DNA from: Ferroglobus placidus DSM 10642
GTDB taxonomy: Archaea > Halobacteriota > Archaeoglobi > Archaeoglobales > Archaeoglobaceae
NCBI RefSeq assembly: GCF_000025505.1
Contig: NC_013849.1
Location: 2,130,001-2,162,000 of the forward strand
Direction: 5' to 3'
DNA: 32,000 bases
A model generated the notes under the pieces. That model searched no databases, was not told the origin of the DNA, and worked only from the letters and a program-made list of their open reading frames with translations. Position numbers and translations under genes: made by a program. Positions 31,745-32,000 of this stretch are shown here, one piece after another; position 1 is the stretch's first letter; each line of letters starts with the position of its first letter.

Positions 31745-32000
31745 TCAGATAATTCTGAATGAAGGGTAGTCTCCCTCGTAAGCAAGCTCCTTTTCGAACT
31801 CCCTTACAGCCTTGTGTAAATCGAAAAGCTCCTCGAAGTATTCGGAATTTATTCCGATGTGGCAGCCCCGGTTATACTTCTCGTGAACTATTTTAAACCC
31901 TCTGATCTCGTCACCTTTTTTAGAGTAAACCCTCAGGTATCCTTCCTTACCGCACTTCGGACAGGTGACGATAATGCTGAACTTTCCTCTGCGATTCTTC
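31745..32000 (-). CDS. Partial CDS (5' end outside the window): small zinc-ribbon-like hypothetical protein
   Basis: Hand translation of the minus strand gives ...KNRRGKFSIIVTCPKCGKEGYLRVYSKKGDEIRGFKIVHEKYNRGCHIGINSEYFEELFDLHKAVREFEKELAYEGDYPSFRII, with the stop at 31745-31747. It has a CPKC...C.H motif. It is not in the ORF track. Confidence 0.5.
   Translation of the reverse strand, partial: KNRRGKFSIIVTCPKCGKEGYLRVYSKKGDEIRGFKIVHEKYNRGCHIGINSEYFEELFDLHKAVREFEKELAYEGDYPSFRII

Noticed and set aside
1-32000. A CRISPR array, rRNA genes, or large dispersed repeats
   Set aside because: No regularly spaced direct repeats and no rRNA-like segments were seen in any intergenic gap. The largest non-coding gaps are about 100-200 bp and are promoter-like. 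The only exact repeat found is the 41-bp tandem duplication.

Overview
Gene-dense chromosomal window from an archaeon. Gene content suggests a thermophilic, Archaeoglobus-like euryarchaeon, but this is inference, not proof. Supporting signs are GatE, ribosomal protein S3Ae, type-2 MetAP, archaemetzincin, a DRG GTPase and a tRNA without encoded CCA. TATA-like boxes sit about 26 nt upstream of many start codons (leaderless mRNAs), and GGAGGTGA-type Shine-Dalgarno sites occur inside operons. I support about 36 protein genes, one tRNA-Ser(UGA), two sub-60-aa ORFs missing from the ORF track, one partial CDS at the right edge, and several promoter-like elements. Most of the window is housekeeping: aconitase-family dehydratase, thiC, map, M24 peptidase, prs-like, gatE, rps3ae, and a rubrerythrin/ferritin cluster with an Lrp regulator. 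I found no CRISPR array, transposase, integrase or rRNA. Main items worth a second look: (1) 8151-9083 is collinear by eye with FtsZ/tubulin, but every GTP-binding signature is replaced. (2) A perfect 41-bp tandem duplication frameshifts one of two tandem family III CoA-transferase genes. (3) An AT-rich orphan gene, tRNA-Ser, an AbrB-like divergent gene pair and a class II amidotransferase whose winged-helix tail appears cut off by a 1-nt frameshift form a possible accessory patch. (4) Archaemetzincin, an Mth938/AAMDC protein and an AmmeMemoRadiSam radical SAM enzyme cluster without AMMECR1 or Memo, next to a Cys-rich micro-ORF. (5) A DUF1648 protein, a 49-aa micro-ORF and a sodium:solute symporter are translationally coupled. 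All homology calls come from reading the translations and remembered family motifs. No database search was run.
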